A stretch of DNA of 64,000 bases from Candidatus Latescibacterota bacterium (GTDB taxonomy: Bacteria > Latescibacterota > UBA2968): contig OZ220741.1 in NCBI GenBank assembly GCA_965116885.1, forward strand, positions 2,944,001 to 3,008,000. The letters run 5' to 3'. The number at the start of each line of letters is the position of its first letter. Within the stretch, counting starts at the first letter, position 1. Both the position numbers and the translations under genes were made by a program. Below are positions 20,292-31,032 of the stretch, in pieces. Under the pieces are notes generated by a model. It ran no database searches. It was given only the letters and a program-made list of their open reading frames with translations, and was not told the origin of the DNA.

Positions 20292-20951
20292 GTGATAGAG
20301 TGTATCAGGCGACAGATTCCACACGAAGAGTTTGATTATCTGGCTCTTTTGGACTGTTTGAAATGTTATGCCCACCCTCGGGACAAGATCACGGACTTGC
20401 TGCGGAAGGGGTGGATCATTCGCGTGAAAAAGGGGTTATACGTCTTTGGCGATTCTTATGCACGCGGTGCTTACGCAAGAGAAGTGCTGGCCAATTTGAT
20501 CTATGGACCTTCTTATATTTCAATGGACTACGCCCTGTATTATTACGGTCTGATTCCCGAGCGCGTTGAAACGGTCACTTCGGTTACGTGCGGTTACAAC
20601 AGGACGTTTTCCACACCTGTGGGAAAATTTACGTACCGCGGAGTGCCCCTTTTGGCCTATCAGACGGGGGTGCAGCGCATTGAATTGGAATCCAAACGCG
20701 CCTTTTTGATAGCAACACCAGAAAAAACTCTTGCGGATAAAGTGCGCAATCAACGCGGGTACGCGATTCGCTCGCAGCGCGATATGAAAATCTATTTGTT
20801 TGACGACCTGCGCGTTGACGAAGATCGGTTCTACCGTCTCGATGCAGACAAATTGCGCGATATTGTCGAGCGCTATCGCTCTCAAAAACTTCGACTGTTG
20901 CAGGCTCTGCTCTATCGACACCAGCGTTCAGAGGATGTTGTTTATGCATGA
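20292..20951 (+). CDS. Type IV TA antitoxin, AbiEi family (start uncertain: 20265 or 20292)
   Basis: IRVKKGLY, PSYISMDYALYYYGLIPE..TVTSVT, ATPEKTLAD; overlaps the toxin start (ATGCATGA). Confidence 0.88.
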   Translation: MIECIRRQIPHEEFDYLALLDCLKCYAHPRDKITDLLRKGWIIRVKKGLYVFGDSYARGAYAREVLANLIYGPSYISMDYALYYYGLIPERVETVTSVTCGYNRTFSTPVGKFTYRGVPLLAYQTGVQRIELESKRAFLIATPEKTLADKVRNQRGYAIRSQRDMKIYLFDDLRVDEDRFYRLDADKLRDIVERYRSQKLRLLQALLYRHQRSEDVVYA

Positions 20952-21801
20952 GGCTATCCGTCAAATGTTGGAAAAATACGATTGCCGACGGCTCGAGGAT
21001 TATGTGCAGGCACTGCGAGAAATATTGCAGGAAATTGCCTTACTCGGGTTGTGGCGCAGCAAATTTTTTGAGCGGGCAGCTTTTTATGGCGGCACATCAC
21101 TGCGAATTTTGCATGGGTTAGACCGTTTTTCAGAAGATATGGATTTTTCGCTTTTAAGTTCAAAAAAAAATTTCAATTTGGGCAGGTATGGCGATGCGTT
21201 ACAGCGGGAAATGCGTGCTTATGGCTTTGATGTTTGGGCGGAAACAAAAAGCAAGCGAACCACGAGTGCGATACAATCGGCATTTCTCAAAGCAAATACG
21301 CTCAAACAACTCCTGATTATTGAAGCAGGGGAAGAAATTGTGCGCGAACTGCCCAAAGGACAACAGGTGAAAATCAAAGTGGAAGTGGATACCGATCCTC
21401 CCGGGGGATTTGAAACAGAAATCGCGTATTTGTTACAGCCTATTCCCTTTTCTGTGCGCGTCTATACTCTACCCGATTTGTTTGCTGGAAAAATGCACGC
21501 TTTGTTGTGCAGAAAGTGGAAGCAAAGGGTCAAGGGACGCGACTGGTATGATCTGATCTGGTATGTGACGCATCACCCTACATTGCATTTATCGCACCTG
21601 GAGCAGCGCTTGCGACAAAGCGGTGACCGGGATGTTATAACGCCGCAAATATTCAGAAAAGACTTGCATGATGCCATTGATGCGTTAGATGTCGATCAAG
21701 CCAAAAGAGATATAGAACCTTTTGTCAAAAATCCCGAAACACTGGGCGTCTGGTCTCACACTTTTTTTCACACGCTTGTAGATCGCATTCAACTTATATG
21801 A
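20944..21801 (+). CDS. Type IV TA toxin, AbiEii nucleotidyltransferase
   Basis: FYGGTSLR..HGLDRFSEDMDF, GKMHA, KGRDWYD. Confidence 0.93.
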   Translation: MHEAIRQMLEKYDCRRLEDYVQALREILQEIALLGLWRSKFFERAAFYGGTSLRILHGLDRFSEDMDFSLLSSKKNFNLGRYGDALQREMRAYGFDVWAETKSKRTTSAIQSAFLKANTLKQLLIIEAGEEIVRELPKGQQVKIKVEVDTDPPGGFETEIAYLLQPIPFSVRVYTLPDLFAGKMHALLCRKWKQRVKGRDWYDLIWYVTHHPTLHLSHLEQRLRQSGDRDVITPQIFRKDLHDAIDALDVDQAKRDIEPFVKNPETLGVWSHTFFHTLVDRIQLI

Positions 21802-21809
21802 GGAGCAAT

Positions 21810-22529
21810 ATGTCCAAGACAGCAATTATTACTGGCGCAGGCACCGGAATTGGTGCGGGTATTGCCATTGCATTTGCCGAAGCGGGCTATAATCTCGCGC
21901 TCGCGGGGCGGCGCGTAGAACCGCTTGAAGAGACAGCGCGGCAATGCGGCTCTGCCAATATTGAGATCTGCGCTGCCGATGTTGGTGACCGCCAGGCGGT
22001 TCAATTGCTTGCCGAACAAACAGTCGCGACATTTGGTCGCATCGATATTTTAGTGAACAACGCGGGTATCAATACCAAAAAACGCCACTTGATCGATATT
22101 GCGGATGAAGACTGGGACCGCGTTATGGAGATCAATCTCACGGGTGCTTTTAATGCGTTTCGCGCTGTTTTGCCGCAAATGAAAGTGCAAAATGACGGTC
22201 TGGTTATCAATATTTCATCTATGGCCGGCAAAAGAGCGGGTATGATCAGTGGTGTGGCTTATTGCGCGTCCAAATTTGGCATGGCCGCACTGAATCAATC
22301 GATCAATGTCGAGTTTCGAGAGGCGGGCATTCGCGCCTGCTGTATTTATCCCGGTGAAGTCGATACACCTATCTTAGACCACCGTCCCAATCCCGTCTCT
22401 GATGAAAAACGCGCCGCCGCTCTTTTGCCCGAAGACATTGCCGCCGCCGCACTTATGGTCGCTCAGATGCCAGACCGCGTCATTGTCGAAGATATTACCA
22501 TTTTTCCACGCCGGGTGGTTGGGAGATAG
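21810..22529 (+). CDS. SDR family oxidoreductase
   Basis: TGAGTGIG, NNAG, YCASK. Confidence 0.95.
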   Translation: MSKTAIITGAGTGIGAGIAIAFAEAGYNLALAGRRVEPLEETARQCGSANIEICAADVGDRQAVQLLAEQTVATFGRIDILVNNAGINTKKRHLIDIADEDWDRVMEINLTGAFNAFRAVLPQMKVQNDGLVINISSMAGKRAGMISGVAYCASKFGMAALNQSINVEFREAGIRACCIYPGEVDTPILDHRPNPVSDEKRAAALLPEDIAAAALMVAQMPDRVIVEDITIFPRRVVGR

Positions 22530-22581
22530 TCTGTTATCTGTCCGCTTATGTGCGTGTGTTAGAATTAGTAAGGAAAATAAA

Positions 22582-24123
22582 ATGAAAACGGAAATCATTA
22601 TCAATGTCGCTTCACACGAGTCGAGAATTGCCATTCTCGAAGATGGTCGGCTCGCGGAGATTCTCGTTGAACGCGCTGAAAAAGAACGCATGGTTGGCGA
22701 TGTTTATCAGGGTGTTGTAACCGCTGTTCTGCCTGGCTTACAGGCAGGTTTTGTCGATATTGGGCAGGAAAAAGCGGCTTTTTTGCACGTTTCTGATATG
22801 CCTGGCTCGCCCGGCTCAATGGTCGAACTCGACTCGGAAATTCTCGATGATATCCGGGATCAGACCAATGGACAGGGCAAATTCTCTATTGATGAGCTGT
22901 TGCATAAAGGCCAGGAGATCATTGTGCAGATTAAAAAAGAGTCTATCAACACAAAAGGACCGCGCATTACTGCCGTGCCATCACTCGCCGGTCGATTTAT
23001 GGTGCTGGTACCCGATGGCGATAAAGTGGGGGTCTCGCGCAAAATTACCAATTGGCGCGAAAAACGGCGCCTTCGGGATATCGGGGGCAATATCAAGCCC
23101 GAGGGTTTTGGCCTTATTGTGCGTACCGAAGCCCGTGGCAAGGGCGAGCGGGAACTCAGGCGCGATCTCAAGCAGCTTTTGACAACGTGGAGAAGAATTC
23201 AGAAACAAGGGATGAAAAACAGCGGCCCCAAATTGCTGCACAAAGAAGTGGGCATGACATCTGGCCTTATCCGCGATTTGTTCACGGAGGATGTTCATCG
23301 TCTCGTCGTTGATTCGAAACGCGAATACAAGGAAATTCAGGCATATCTCAAGGGGGTCTCGCCGGAGTTGCGCCAGACTGTCGAATACTATGGCGATACG
23401 CGACCGATTTTCGATGCTTTTGGCATTGAAGCCGAAATTGAAAAATTCACGGAACGCAAAATCTGGTTCAGGGGCGGTGGTTATCTGGTTATTGATCCGA
23501 CAGAAGCGCTGGTTGCCATCGATGTCAACAGCGGGCGCAGCGTGGGCAAAGGGCGTGCCAGGCAGGATGAGACCGTGTTGAAGACCAATTTGGAGGCTGC
23601 CCGAGAGGTTGCCCGACAACTCCGTTTGCGCGATATGGGCGGGCTTGTGGTTGTCGATTTTATCGATATGGATCATGCGCGAGATCGCAAGCGCGTTGAA
23701 GAAGAAATGCGCCAGGCTATTCGCCGCGACCGGTCCAGGATCCGGTATTCGCGTATTACGGAGTTTGGTCTGATGGAGATGACTCGCCAGCGGGTGCGTC
23801 CCAGTTTGATGTCCACTTATTCTGCGCCCTGTCCGCAGTGCCATGGTACGGGTCACATTCCGAGCCAGGAAACCGTGCTGTCGCGCATCGAACGCTGGCT
23901 CAAACGCTCTCGCGCAGCCGCGCTCGAACGACGTCTCACCGTGCAGGTTCACCCCACACTCGGTTTCTATTTGCTCGAAAACCGCAGAGAACGCCTCAAA
24001 GCTATTCGCAAATCCACGCGCGTTTGGCTCGATGTCGAATCGGCTCCGGATTTGAGTGAGGAAGATTATCGCGTTTTTTCTCGGAAGCGCAAGATCGATG
24101 TGACAAATGAAGTTCAAACTTGA
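22582..24123 (+). CDS. rng: Ribonuclease E/G family
   Basis: S1 domain, IDVNSG, TNLEAA.EVARQLRLRD.GG..VVDFIDM, CPQC.GTG. Confidence 0.93.
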   Translation: MKTEIIINVASHESRIAILEDGRLAEILVERAEKERMVGDVYQGVVTAVLPGLQAGFVDIGQEKAAFLHVSDMPGSPGSMVELDSEILDDIRDQTNGQGKFSIDELLHKGQEIIVQIKKESINTKGPRITAVPSLAGRFMVLVPDGDKVGVSRKITNWREKRRLRDIGGNIKPEGFGLIVRTEARGKGERELRRDLKQLLTTWRRIQKQGMKNSGPKLLHKEVGMTSGLIRDLFTEDVHRLVVDSKREYKEIQAYLKGVSPELRQTVEYYGDTRPIFDAFGIEAEIEKFTERKIWFRGGGYLVIDPTEALVAIDVNSGRSVGKGRARQDETVLKTNLEAAREVARQLRLRDMGGLVVVDFIDMDHARDRKRVEEEMRQAIRRDRSRIRYSRITEFGLMEMTRQRVRPSLMSTYSAPCPQCHGTGHIPSQETVLSRIERWLKRSRAAALERRLTVQVHPTLGFYLLENRRERLKAIRKSTRVWLDVESAPDLSEEDYRVFSRKRKIDVTNEVQT

Positions 24124-24148
24124 CATAAAGCGATACTTCGGATAAATT
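24120..24148 (+). promoter_or_regulatory. Sigma70 promoter of rplU-rpmA-mdh
   Basis: TTGACA-17 bp-TAAATT. Confidence 0.75.
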
Positions 24149-24260
24149 TAGCCCTCTTTGGATTTCTCGATCCACGCCGGGTCGGGAAGTTTGTTTGTAA
24201 ATCAAAAGTGGGGTGGGGACTGGGCGTTGGGGACTGGAACAGTTTCTGGAGGTTTTGAGT

Positions 24261-24578
24261 ATGTATGCAGTGGTCGATATCGCTGGTAGCCAATACAAGG
24301 TGGAAGAGGGCGATCATATCCGCGTGGCCCGGCTCGATGCGGAGGAGGGGGATTCACTTACTTTTCCCCAGGTGTTGCTCGTAGGTGACAGCGATGAAAT
24401 TAAGGTGGGTACGCCTCAAGTTGAAGGGGCTGCCGTCGAAGTGAGTGTTAAAGGACATGGTCTCGCAGACAAAATTACGGTTTTTAAGATGAAGCGCCGC
24501 AAAAATTATCGCCGAAAAAATGGGCATCGACAATCCTATACCGAACTTCAGGTTGAAAAAATTGTAGCGGAAAGCTAA
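24261..24578 (+). CDS. rplU: 50S ribosomal protein L21
   Basis: [32 protein letters not shown]. Confidence 0.98.
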   Translation: MYAVVDIAGSQYKVEEGDHIRVARLDAEEGDSLTFPQVLLVGDSDEIKVGTPQVEGAAVEVSVKGHGLADKITVFKMKRRKNYRRKNGHRQSYTELQVEKIVAES

Positions 24579-24595
24579 AATCAAGGAGGCTTTTC

Positions 24596-25791
<1,196 letters not shown>

Positions 25792-25826
25792 ATGTTGATA
25801 TAAAAAGATAAAAGCGATTTCACAAT

Positions 25827-25861
25827 CAGCCCGTCCAGAAAGTTGGATGGGTTATTTTTTT
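25827..25861 (+). terminator. Intrinsic terminator after mdh, near-duplicated at 30425-30457
   Basis: CAGCCCGTCCAGAAAGTTGGATGGGTTA plus T run. Confidence 0.75.
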
Positions 25862-25871
25862 ATTCGCAGTC

Positions 25872-25900
25872 TTGAATATGCGGACAAAGTTGGCTATACT
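25872..25900 (+). promoter_or_regulatory. Putative sigma70 promoter upstream of the Schlafen genes
   Basis: TTGAAT-17 bp-TATACT. Confidence 0.6.
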
Positions 25901-26015
25901 AAATGCAGTCTTGAAGCCGGTGTGCTGGTAGTTTTCATTTGAAATGTTACGCGAACTTAAGGCCCGTTTTCACTGGGGGCATTCTCCAGGACCACTTTGC
26001 CATGAGTTTTCATCC

Positions 26016-26242
26016 GGTAATTGACGGGTAATTGATAGGTAATTGATATAAAGCGGGTTAAGAAGTTGTAAATTTTACTTAACTTATTTATTTTATTGAA
26101 ATTATGTTAATTGACGGTCATTTGCTTGACGGTTGTTTGATAGAAGACCAGAAAAATGATTCGGCGGGACAGGTTTAATTTCGTAAATTTTTGTTATACA
26201 AATACTTACTGTATTTCAATTTGTTTGATGGAAACCAAATGA
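26016..26242 (+). repeat. 11-bp-period repeat leader of the first Schlafen gene
   Basis: GGTAATTGA x3 at 11-bp period (26016-26046); TTGYTTGAYRG units at 26122-26143 and 26221-26231. Confidence 0.8.
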
Positions 26243-26333
26243 GCACCGACACCACCGAACACAGTTTGGAAGTTTGTATCGGCGATATGAGGATGTAGAA
26301 AAGCCTGATTTTGACGAAAGCGAGCACGTTAAC

Positions 26334-28022
26334 ATGAGTGAAAGCCAGGACATCGCGCTCATTGACGAGTTGCGCAGTCTGCCGACAGAAACCGAATGGT
26401 TAGAGTTCAAGCGCAATCGCTATGAATCTGAACAGATCGGGGAATACCTGTCCGCGCTTGCGAATTCGGCCTGCATCGCTGCCAAGACGGCTGGCTATCT
26501 TGTCTTCGGTATTGACGATGAGACACATGAGGTCGTCGGCACAAATTTTGATCCTTATAATACCAAAGCGAAGGGCAATCAAGACCTGCTGCCCTGGGTT
26601 GGGGCGGGGTTGCATCCGAATGCAGGATTCGAGCCACGTATTGTTAATCATCCGGATGGTCGGGTCGTTGTCTTCGAGGTTGGCCCCGCGAGAGATCAAC
26701 CTGTTAGCTTTCGCGGAAAAGCTTATGTTCGCGTAGGTTCCAGCAAGACCGAACTTAGCAAGCATCCCGAGAAGGCTCGCGTGATTTGGACGCGCGGGAG
26801 CGACTGGTCCGCAGAGGTGTGTGAACAGGCGCGGCTTGATGATCTTGACCCCAATGCCCTGGTCAAGGCGCGCGAGCAGTTCGTCGTCAAGCATCCGGCG
26901 CAGGCGGATGAGGTCAAGGAGTGGGACGATGCGACGTTTCTCAACAAAGCCCGGGTTTTAAGACAGGGTGCTGTGACGAATACGGCACTGCTTTTGCTGG
27001 GACGGCCGGAATCGTCGGCTCTACTCTCGCCGATGGTGGCTAAAATTTCCTGGATACTCAAGGACGATCACAATATCGAGTTAGATTACGAGCACATTGG
27101 GCCGCCGTTCTTGCTTGCAGGAGACCGCCTTCTGAAGCGCGTCCGCAACCTCACTGTGCGCGCCCTGCCGAGTGGGACACTGTTCCCTCAAGAAATTACT
27201 CAGTACGACCCCTGGGTAATCCGCGAAGCCCTGCACAACAGCATCGCACATCAGGACTATCGTCTGCACGGACGGATTGTTGTCGTCGAATTTCCCGACC
27301 GCATTTTGCTGACCAATGTTGGGGATTTTCTGCCCGGCGATGTCGAGACGGTCATTCAACAGGACGCCCCCCAGGCCATCTACCGCAATCCATTCCTTGC
27401 TGATGCCATGGTTGAATTGAACCTGATTGACACACAGGGCGGCGGTATTAAGCGCATGTTCGATACACAGAGGAAGCGTTTCTTTGCGCTTCCAGACTAC
27501 GATTTGACGCGGACAAATAGCGTGGCCGTGAGCATCCACGGCCGCATTCTTGATGAGCGCTATACTCGGCTCCTGATGGAACGAACTGATCTGAACCTCA
27601 GTCAGGTTATGCTCCTTGACCAGATGCAAAAGGGAATGCGTATCAGCCGGGAAGATCATCGCGACCTGAAGGCCAGTGGCCTTGTTGAGGGCCGTTATCC
27701 TAACTTAATGGTCGCTGAATCGATTGCTAAGGTGACGGATGACACTGACCGTTACCTCATAGAACGCGGATTCGACAAGCAGTACTACCTGGATATGATT
27801 TTAACCTTGATCCGCGAACATGGCTCGGTCAGTCGCAAAGAAATCGATCAGGCCCTGATTTCGAAGCTACCTGATCGGTTGACAGAGGAGCAGAAGCGGT
27901 GGAGGGCTCAGAATCTCATACAGGATCTGCGTCGCTCCGGTTTGATCGTCAACCAGGGGACCCGTGCCCAACCTGCATGGATGCTCTCAGACACACATCA
28001 GGGAAGGACATTTCATACATAA
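26334..28022 (+). CDS. Schlafen/AlbA_2 + RecG C-terminal-like (HATPase_c_4) + wHTH protein
   Basis: ETEWLEFK, SALAN, YLVFGIDD, YVRVGS, REALHNSIAHQDY, RNPFLA, DTQGGGI. Confidence 0.88.
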   Translation: MSESQDIALIDELRSLPTETEWLEFKRNRYESEQIGEYLSALANSACIAAKTAGYLVFGIDDETHEVVGTNFDPYNTKAKGNQDLLPWVGAGLHPNAGFEPRIVNHPDGRVVVFEVGPARDQPVSFRGKAYVRVGSSKTELSKHPEKARVIWTRGSDWSAEVCEQARLDDLDPNALVKAREQFVVKHPAQADEVKEWDDATFLNKARVLRQGAVTNTALLLLGRPESSALLSPMVAKISWILKDDHNIELDYEHIGPPFLLAGDRLLKRVRNLTVRALPSGTLFPQEITQYDPWVIREALHNSIAHQDYRLHGRIVVVEFPDRILLTNVGDFLPGDVETVIQQDAPQAIYRNPFLADAMVELNLIDTQGGGIKRMFDTQRKRFFALPDYDLTRTNSVAVSIHGRILDERYTRLLMERTDLNLSQVMLLDQMQKGMRISREDHRDLKASGLVEGRYPNLMVAESIAKVTDDTDRYLIERGFDKQYYLDMILTLIREHGSVSRKEIDQALISKLPDRLTEEQKRWRAQNLIQDLRRSGLIVNQGTRAQPAWMLSDTHQGRTFHT

Positions 28023-28099
28023 AAATTAAAGAAAACGAGTCTAAAAAAGGGTAGTATATAAAAGAATAAATATATAAATATTTGTTTTAAAAAGATTTG

Positions 28100-28457
28100 T
28101 CCTTTAATAAATTTTAGAATATTTTGAGAGTTTATTAAAGGATTTATTAAAGGATTTATTAAAGGATTTAGCAAAGCCGCGTTGTTTTTCAAGCTCTCAA
28201 TTGACTATGAGCCTGAATCTTTTAACTTTGTTTGACGGTTGTTTGATGGTTGTTTGATGGAAAACCCGAAAAATGACACGGTAGAGCAGATTTGATGGCG
28301 AGCGACGAATTGATCCGGCCTTCGGTAGCTGGTGGATGGGACATCACCAATCTTTGATTTTCGAACCTAAATTATTGTTATTAAGATGCTTACTGTTTTG
28401 TAATTTGTTTGATGGTTGCTTGATGGTTGTTTGATGGAAAACCCACAAAATGACTTG
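28100..28457 (+). repeat. Intergenic repeat cluster
   Basis: TTTATTAAAGGA x3 (28131-28166) with an inverted copy at 28100-28111; TTGYTTGAYGG x3 at 28228-28260 and again at 28405-28437. Confidence 0.85.
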
Positions 28458-28478
28458 GTGAGATAGGGTAGTTTATAA

Positions 28479-30353
28479 ATGGTAGAATTACGATTCGACA
28501 TCACGCCGTTTCTGGATCAAGACGAAGGCCAGCACTTTGATCGCAAGTCGTTGTATGAGGGAGAAGATGGTGCCAAACGGTCACGTAACCGCCGCGCCGT
28601 GCGGGATCAGGTCGCGGAATATGTGGCGGGCTTCGCCAATGCCGAAGGTGGTGTGCTTGTCCTGGGCATAGAGGATGACCGCACCATTACTGGGCACCAG
28701 CTACCTCAGGATGCTTTGAACAGTATCCTGAAGACCCCGAGTACTCGCTTGAAGCCCGTACAGCCCGATGGCTTTGTTATGCCGATTGAAGGGTGCGAAC
28801 TGATTGTTTTTGATGTTCCGGCTTCAGATGTTCCCGTTCAGGTAATCGGGGATGGCTTCCCGTTGCGAATGGGCGATCAGACAGTGCAATCCAGCGAGAG
28901 CCAAATCAATACGCTCAAGTTTGAAGGCATGGCGGAGAGTTGGGAAAGCCGACGATCATCAATGACTTTGGCTGATCTGGATGAGCGACTGTTAGAACGT
29001 GCACGACAAGGAGCGGGTTTATCCGCTTTGACTGATGAAGAGTATTTGCTCAAGCGCAAATTGGCCGATCGCCGAGGGCGAGGGATCGTGCTTCGAAATG
29101 CTGCGGAGTTGCTCTTTGCCCGTTATGGTCCGGACCATCCCAATGCCGGCGTCCGTCTATTTCGCGTTATTGGCACCGAGCGCTATACCGGCCCCGAACA
29201 CAATGTCGAAGAACGCCCACGCTGTGAAGGCAACTTGCCTGCGGTCATATCGGAAATTCGCAGTGTCATCAGCAGTTTGCTGCGACGTCCTATGCGACTC
29301 GTGGGGAGTCGCTTTCAGGAATCCGCCGAATATCCGGATTTCGCATGGCTGGAGGCGTTGCTCAATGCCATCGCGCACCGCGATTACAGGGTTGAAGGCA
29401 CCTGCATAGAGGTCTGGCTATTCGATGATCGCATGGAAGTGGTCAGCCCGGGCGGGCTGGTCGGCAACTTGACCACAGAAGCGTTGCTCACGCTCAAGCG
29501 CGTCCATCACAGCCGCAATCCCCGCATGATCCGGGTGCTTGTGGATCTCGGTCTCGCACGCGACCAGGGCGAGGGTATTCCGCGGATGTTTGCTGAGATG
29601 GAAGACGCTTTTTTGCCAAGGCCAGATATAGATGCGACCAACCGCAATGTCACGGTCACGCTTCGGAATACGCTTACCCTGAATGCGATGGATCGAGAAT
29701 TTATCTCGGCTCTCGGTGATATTGAGCTTTCCCGCAATGAGTTTCGGGCATTGCTTTACACGTATCGCCACGGTCAGATAGACAATGCGAGGTTGCGTGC
29801 TTTATCCGGTCTGGATACCTTAAATGCCAGTTATCTTTTGCGCGGCCTCCGTGACCGGGATTTGTTGGCACTTCATTCTCATGGCCCCAACAGCTACTAC
29901 ACATTGACTTCTGTACTGACATCGCGAGTTGGAGAGTACAAACTGGAAACCGGGGAGTCCAGAGCAAAAGATGGGGAGTTCGACACGGATGGGAGGGAGT
30001 TCGATACGGATACAGGTAAGCTTAGTGCGGATGAGGGGGAGCTCTGCGTGGATGGGAGGGAGTTCGATGCGGATGGGGGGGAGCTTCCAGGTTATATCAG
30101 AGCGCGTATTGCAAAACTTGGAAAGCGACCGCGTCGTGTGCGTGTACGTCCCATTATCTATTTAATATGCAATCAAGGAAAATGGGTAACTTCCGCTGAA
30201 CTTGCCGGTTTCCTCAACATCGGTCAAGAGAAACTAACGGCGGGTCATATTACTCCTATGATGCATAGCGGAGAACTTGTGTCACGCTTTCCAGACAAGC
30301 CCAACCACCCTCGCCAGGCTTACCGAGCCGTTGCATCCCAACGCCCGGAGTAG
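28479..30353 (+). CDS. Second Schlafen/AlbA_2 + RecG C-terminal-like + wHTH protein
   Basis: EGQHFDRK, FANAEGGVLVLGIEDD, EALLNAIAHRDY, SPGG, SRNP, GEGIPRM, PDKPNHPRQAY. Confidence 0.88.
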   Translation: MVELRFDITPFLDQDEGQHFDRKSLYEGEDGAKRSRNRRAVRDQVAEYVAGFANAEGGVLVLGIEDDRTITGHQLPQDALNSILKTPSTRLKPVQPDGFVMPIEGCELIVFDVPASDVPVQVIGDGFPLRMGDQTVQSSESQINTLKFEGMAESWESRRSSMTLADLDERLLERARQGAGLSALTDEEYLLKRKLADRRGRGIVLRNAAELLFARYGPDHPNAGVRLFRVIGTERYTGPEHNVEERPRCEGNLPAVISEIRSVISSLLRRPMRLVGSRFQESAEYPDFAWLEALLNAIAHRDYRVEGTCIEVWLFDDRMEVVSPGGLVGNLTTEALLTLKRVHHSRNPRMIRVLVDLGLARDQGEGIPRMFAEMEDAFLPRPDIDATNRNVTVTLRNTLTLNAMDREFISALGDIELSRNEFRALLYTYRHGQIDNARLRALSGLDTLNASYLLRGLRDRDLLALHSHGPNSYYTLTSVLTSRVGEYKLETGESRAKDGEFDTDGREFDTDTGKLSADEGELCVDGREFDADGGELPGYIRARIAKLGKRPRRVRVRPIIYLICNQGKWVTSAELAGFLNIGQEKLTAGHITPMMHSGELVSRFPDKPNHPRQAYRAVASQRPE

Positions 30354-30424
30354 CCCTTAGTTTTCTTTTCCACGGCTGCAAATAGCGTGTTTGAACTAAG
30401 CCAGGTACTCAGCGTACTAAAAAA

Positions 30425-30457
30425 CAGCCCGTCCTGAAAATGGATGGGCTATTTTTT
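30425..30457. terminator. Terminator between convergent genes; near-copy of 25827-25861
   Basis: CAGCCCGTCCTGAAAATGGATGGGCTA plus T run, with an A run upstream. Confidence 0.75.
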
Positions 30458-30847
30458 GTCAAACCCGCCTTCACGCGCCTGGCGGGTCATTTCTTTTATG
30501 AGTTTGGGCGCGGGGTCTTCCCATCCTTCGGGTTTGAGTATTTTGCCGTCTTCCCGGCGAATGACTTTTCCGTTTACGACTTTTTGCATGTTTGCATTGT
30601 GGACGATGTCGAAGAGCGGGTCGAGGTTGATGCCGTTGCGTACGGCGAAGTCGCAGATGTAGTAGATCGCATCGACGAGCGCGTCAGCCTGTTCTGTGAC
30701 GGTCTGCGCGGCCATTAACTCGTCCATTTCATCGTTGACCATTTCTCGTATGAATGCGATGCCTTCTGCGGTCATGTTTTGCGGATGCGCTGGCAGGTCG
30801 TCGTTACAGGCCATTGTAAATTCGCGCACTTGAGCTGTGTATCCCAT
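30449..30847 (-). CDS. MazG-like all-alpha NTP pyrophosphohydrolase (DR2231/PRA-PH-like)
   Basis: DEMDE, DALVDAIY, VHNANMQK, REDGKILKPEGW. Confidence 0.85.
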   Translation of the reverse strand: MGYTAQVREFTMACNDDLPAHPQNMTAEGIAFIREMVNDEMDELMAAQTVTEQADALVDAIYYICDFAVRNGINLDPLFDIVHNANMQKVVNGKVIRREDGKILKPEGWEDPAPKLIKEMTRQAREGGFDKK

Positions 30848-31032
30848 GCGTACTCCTGGTGAATGGTAAGATACAAGATGTGTACATTAGAAATTACTAA
30901 AGTACAAGATCAAAAACAAATGCAATGGTTCGTCTATTCGTTTTTGGTCTTTGACTTTTGGGCGTTGCGTCTATATTTTTGGCGCGATATGTTGTTGATT
31001 GGTGAACTATGACGCGAAAGGATTTAGATTAT

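Noticed and set aside
22981..24126. Long antisense ORFs (also 6384-7208, 32122-33246, 34150-35253, 37722-38747)
   Set aside because: Shadows of well-supported genes on the opposite strand, with no motifs of their own
24150..24260. Ribosomal protein leader RNA before rplU
   Set aside because: Plausible 5' UTR, but no structure I can support by eye
25900..26010. C4-like antisense RNA after the TATACT promoter
   Set aside because: Only a vague resemblance; could not build the expected stems
26016..28457. Repeat clusters as a CRISPR array
   Set aside because: Units are 11-12 bp and abutting, with no unique spacers and no cas genes
26334..30353. RecG helicases
   Set aside because: No SF2 helicase motifs; only the RecG-C-like domain that accompanies AlbA_2
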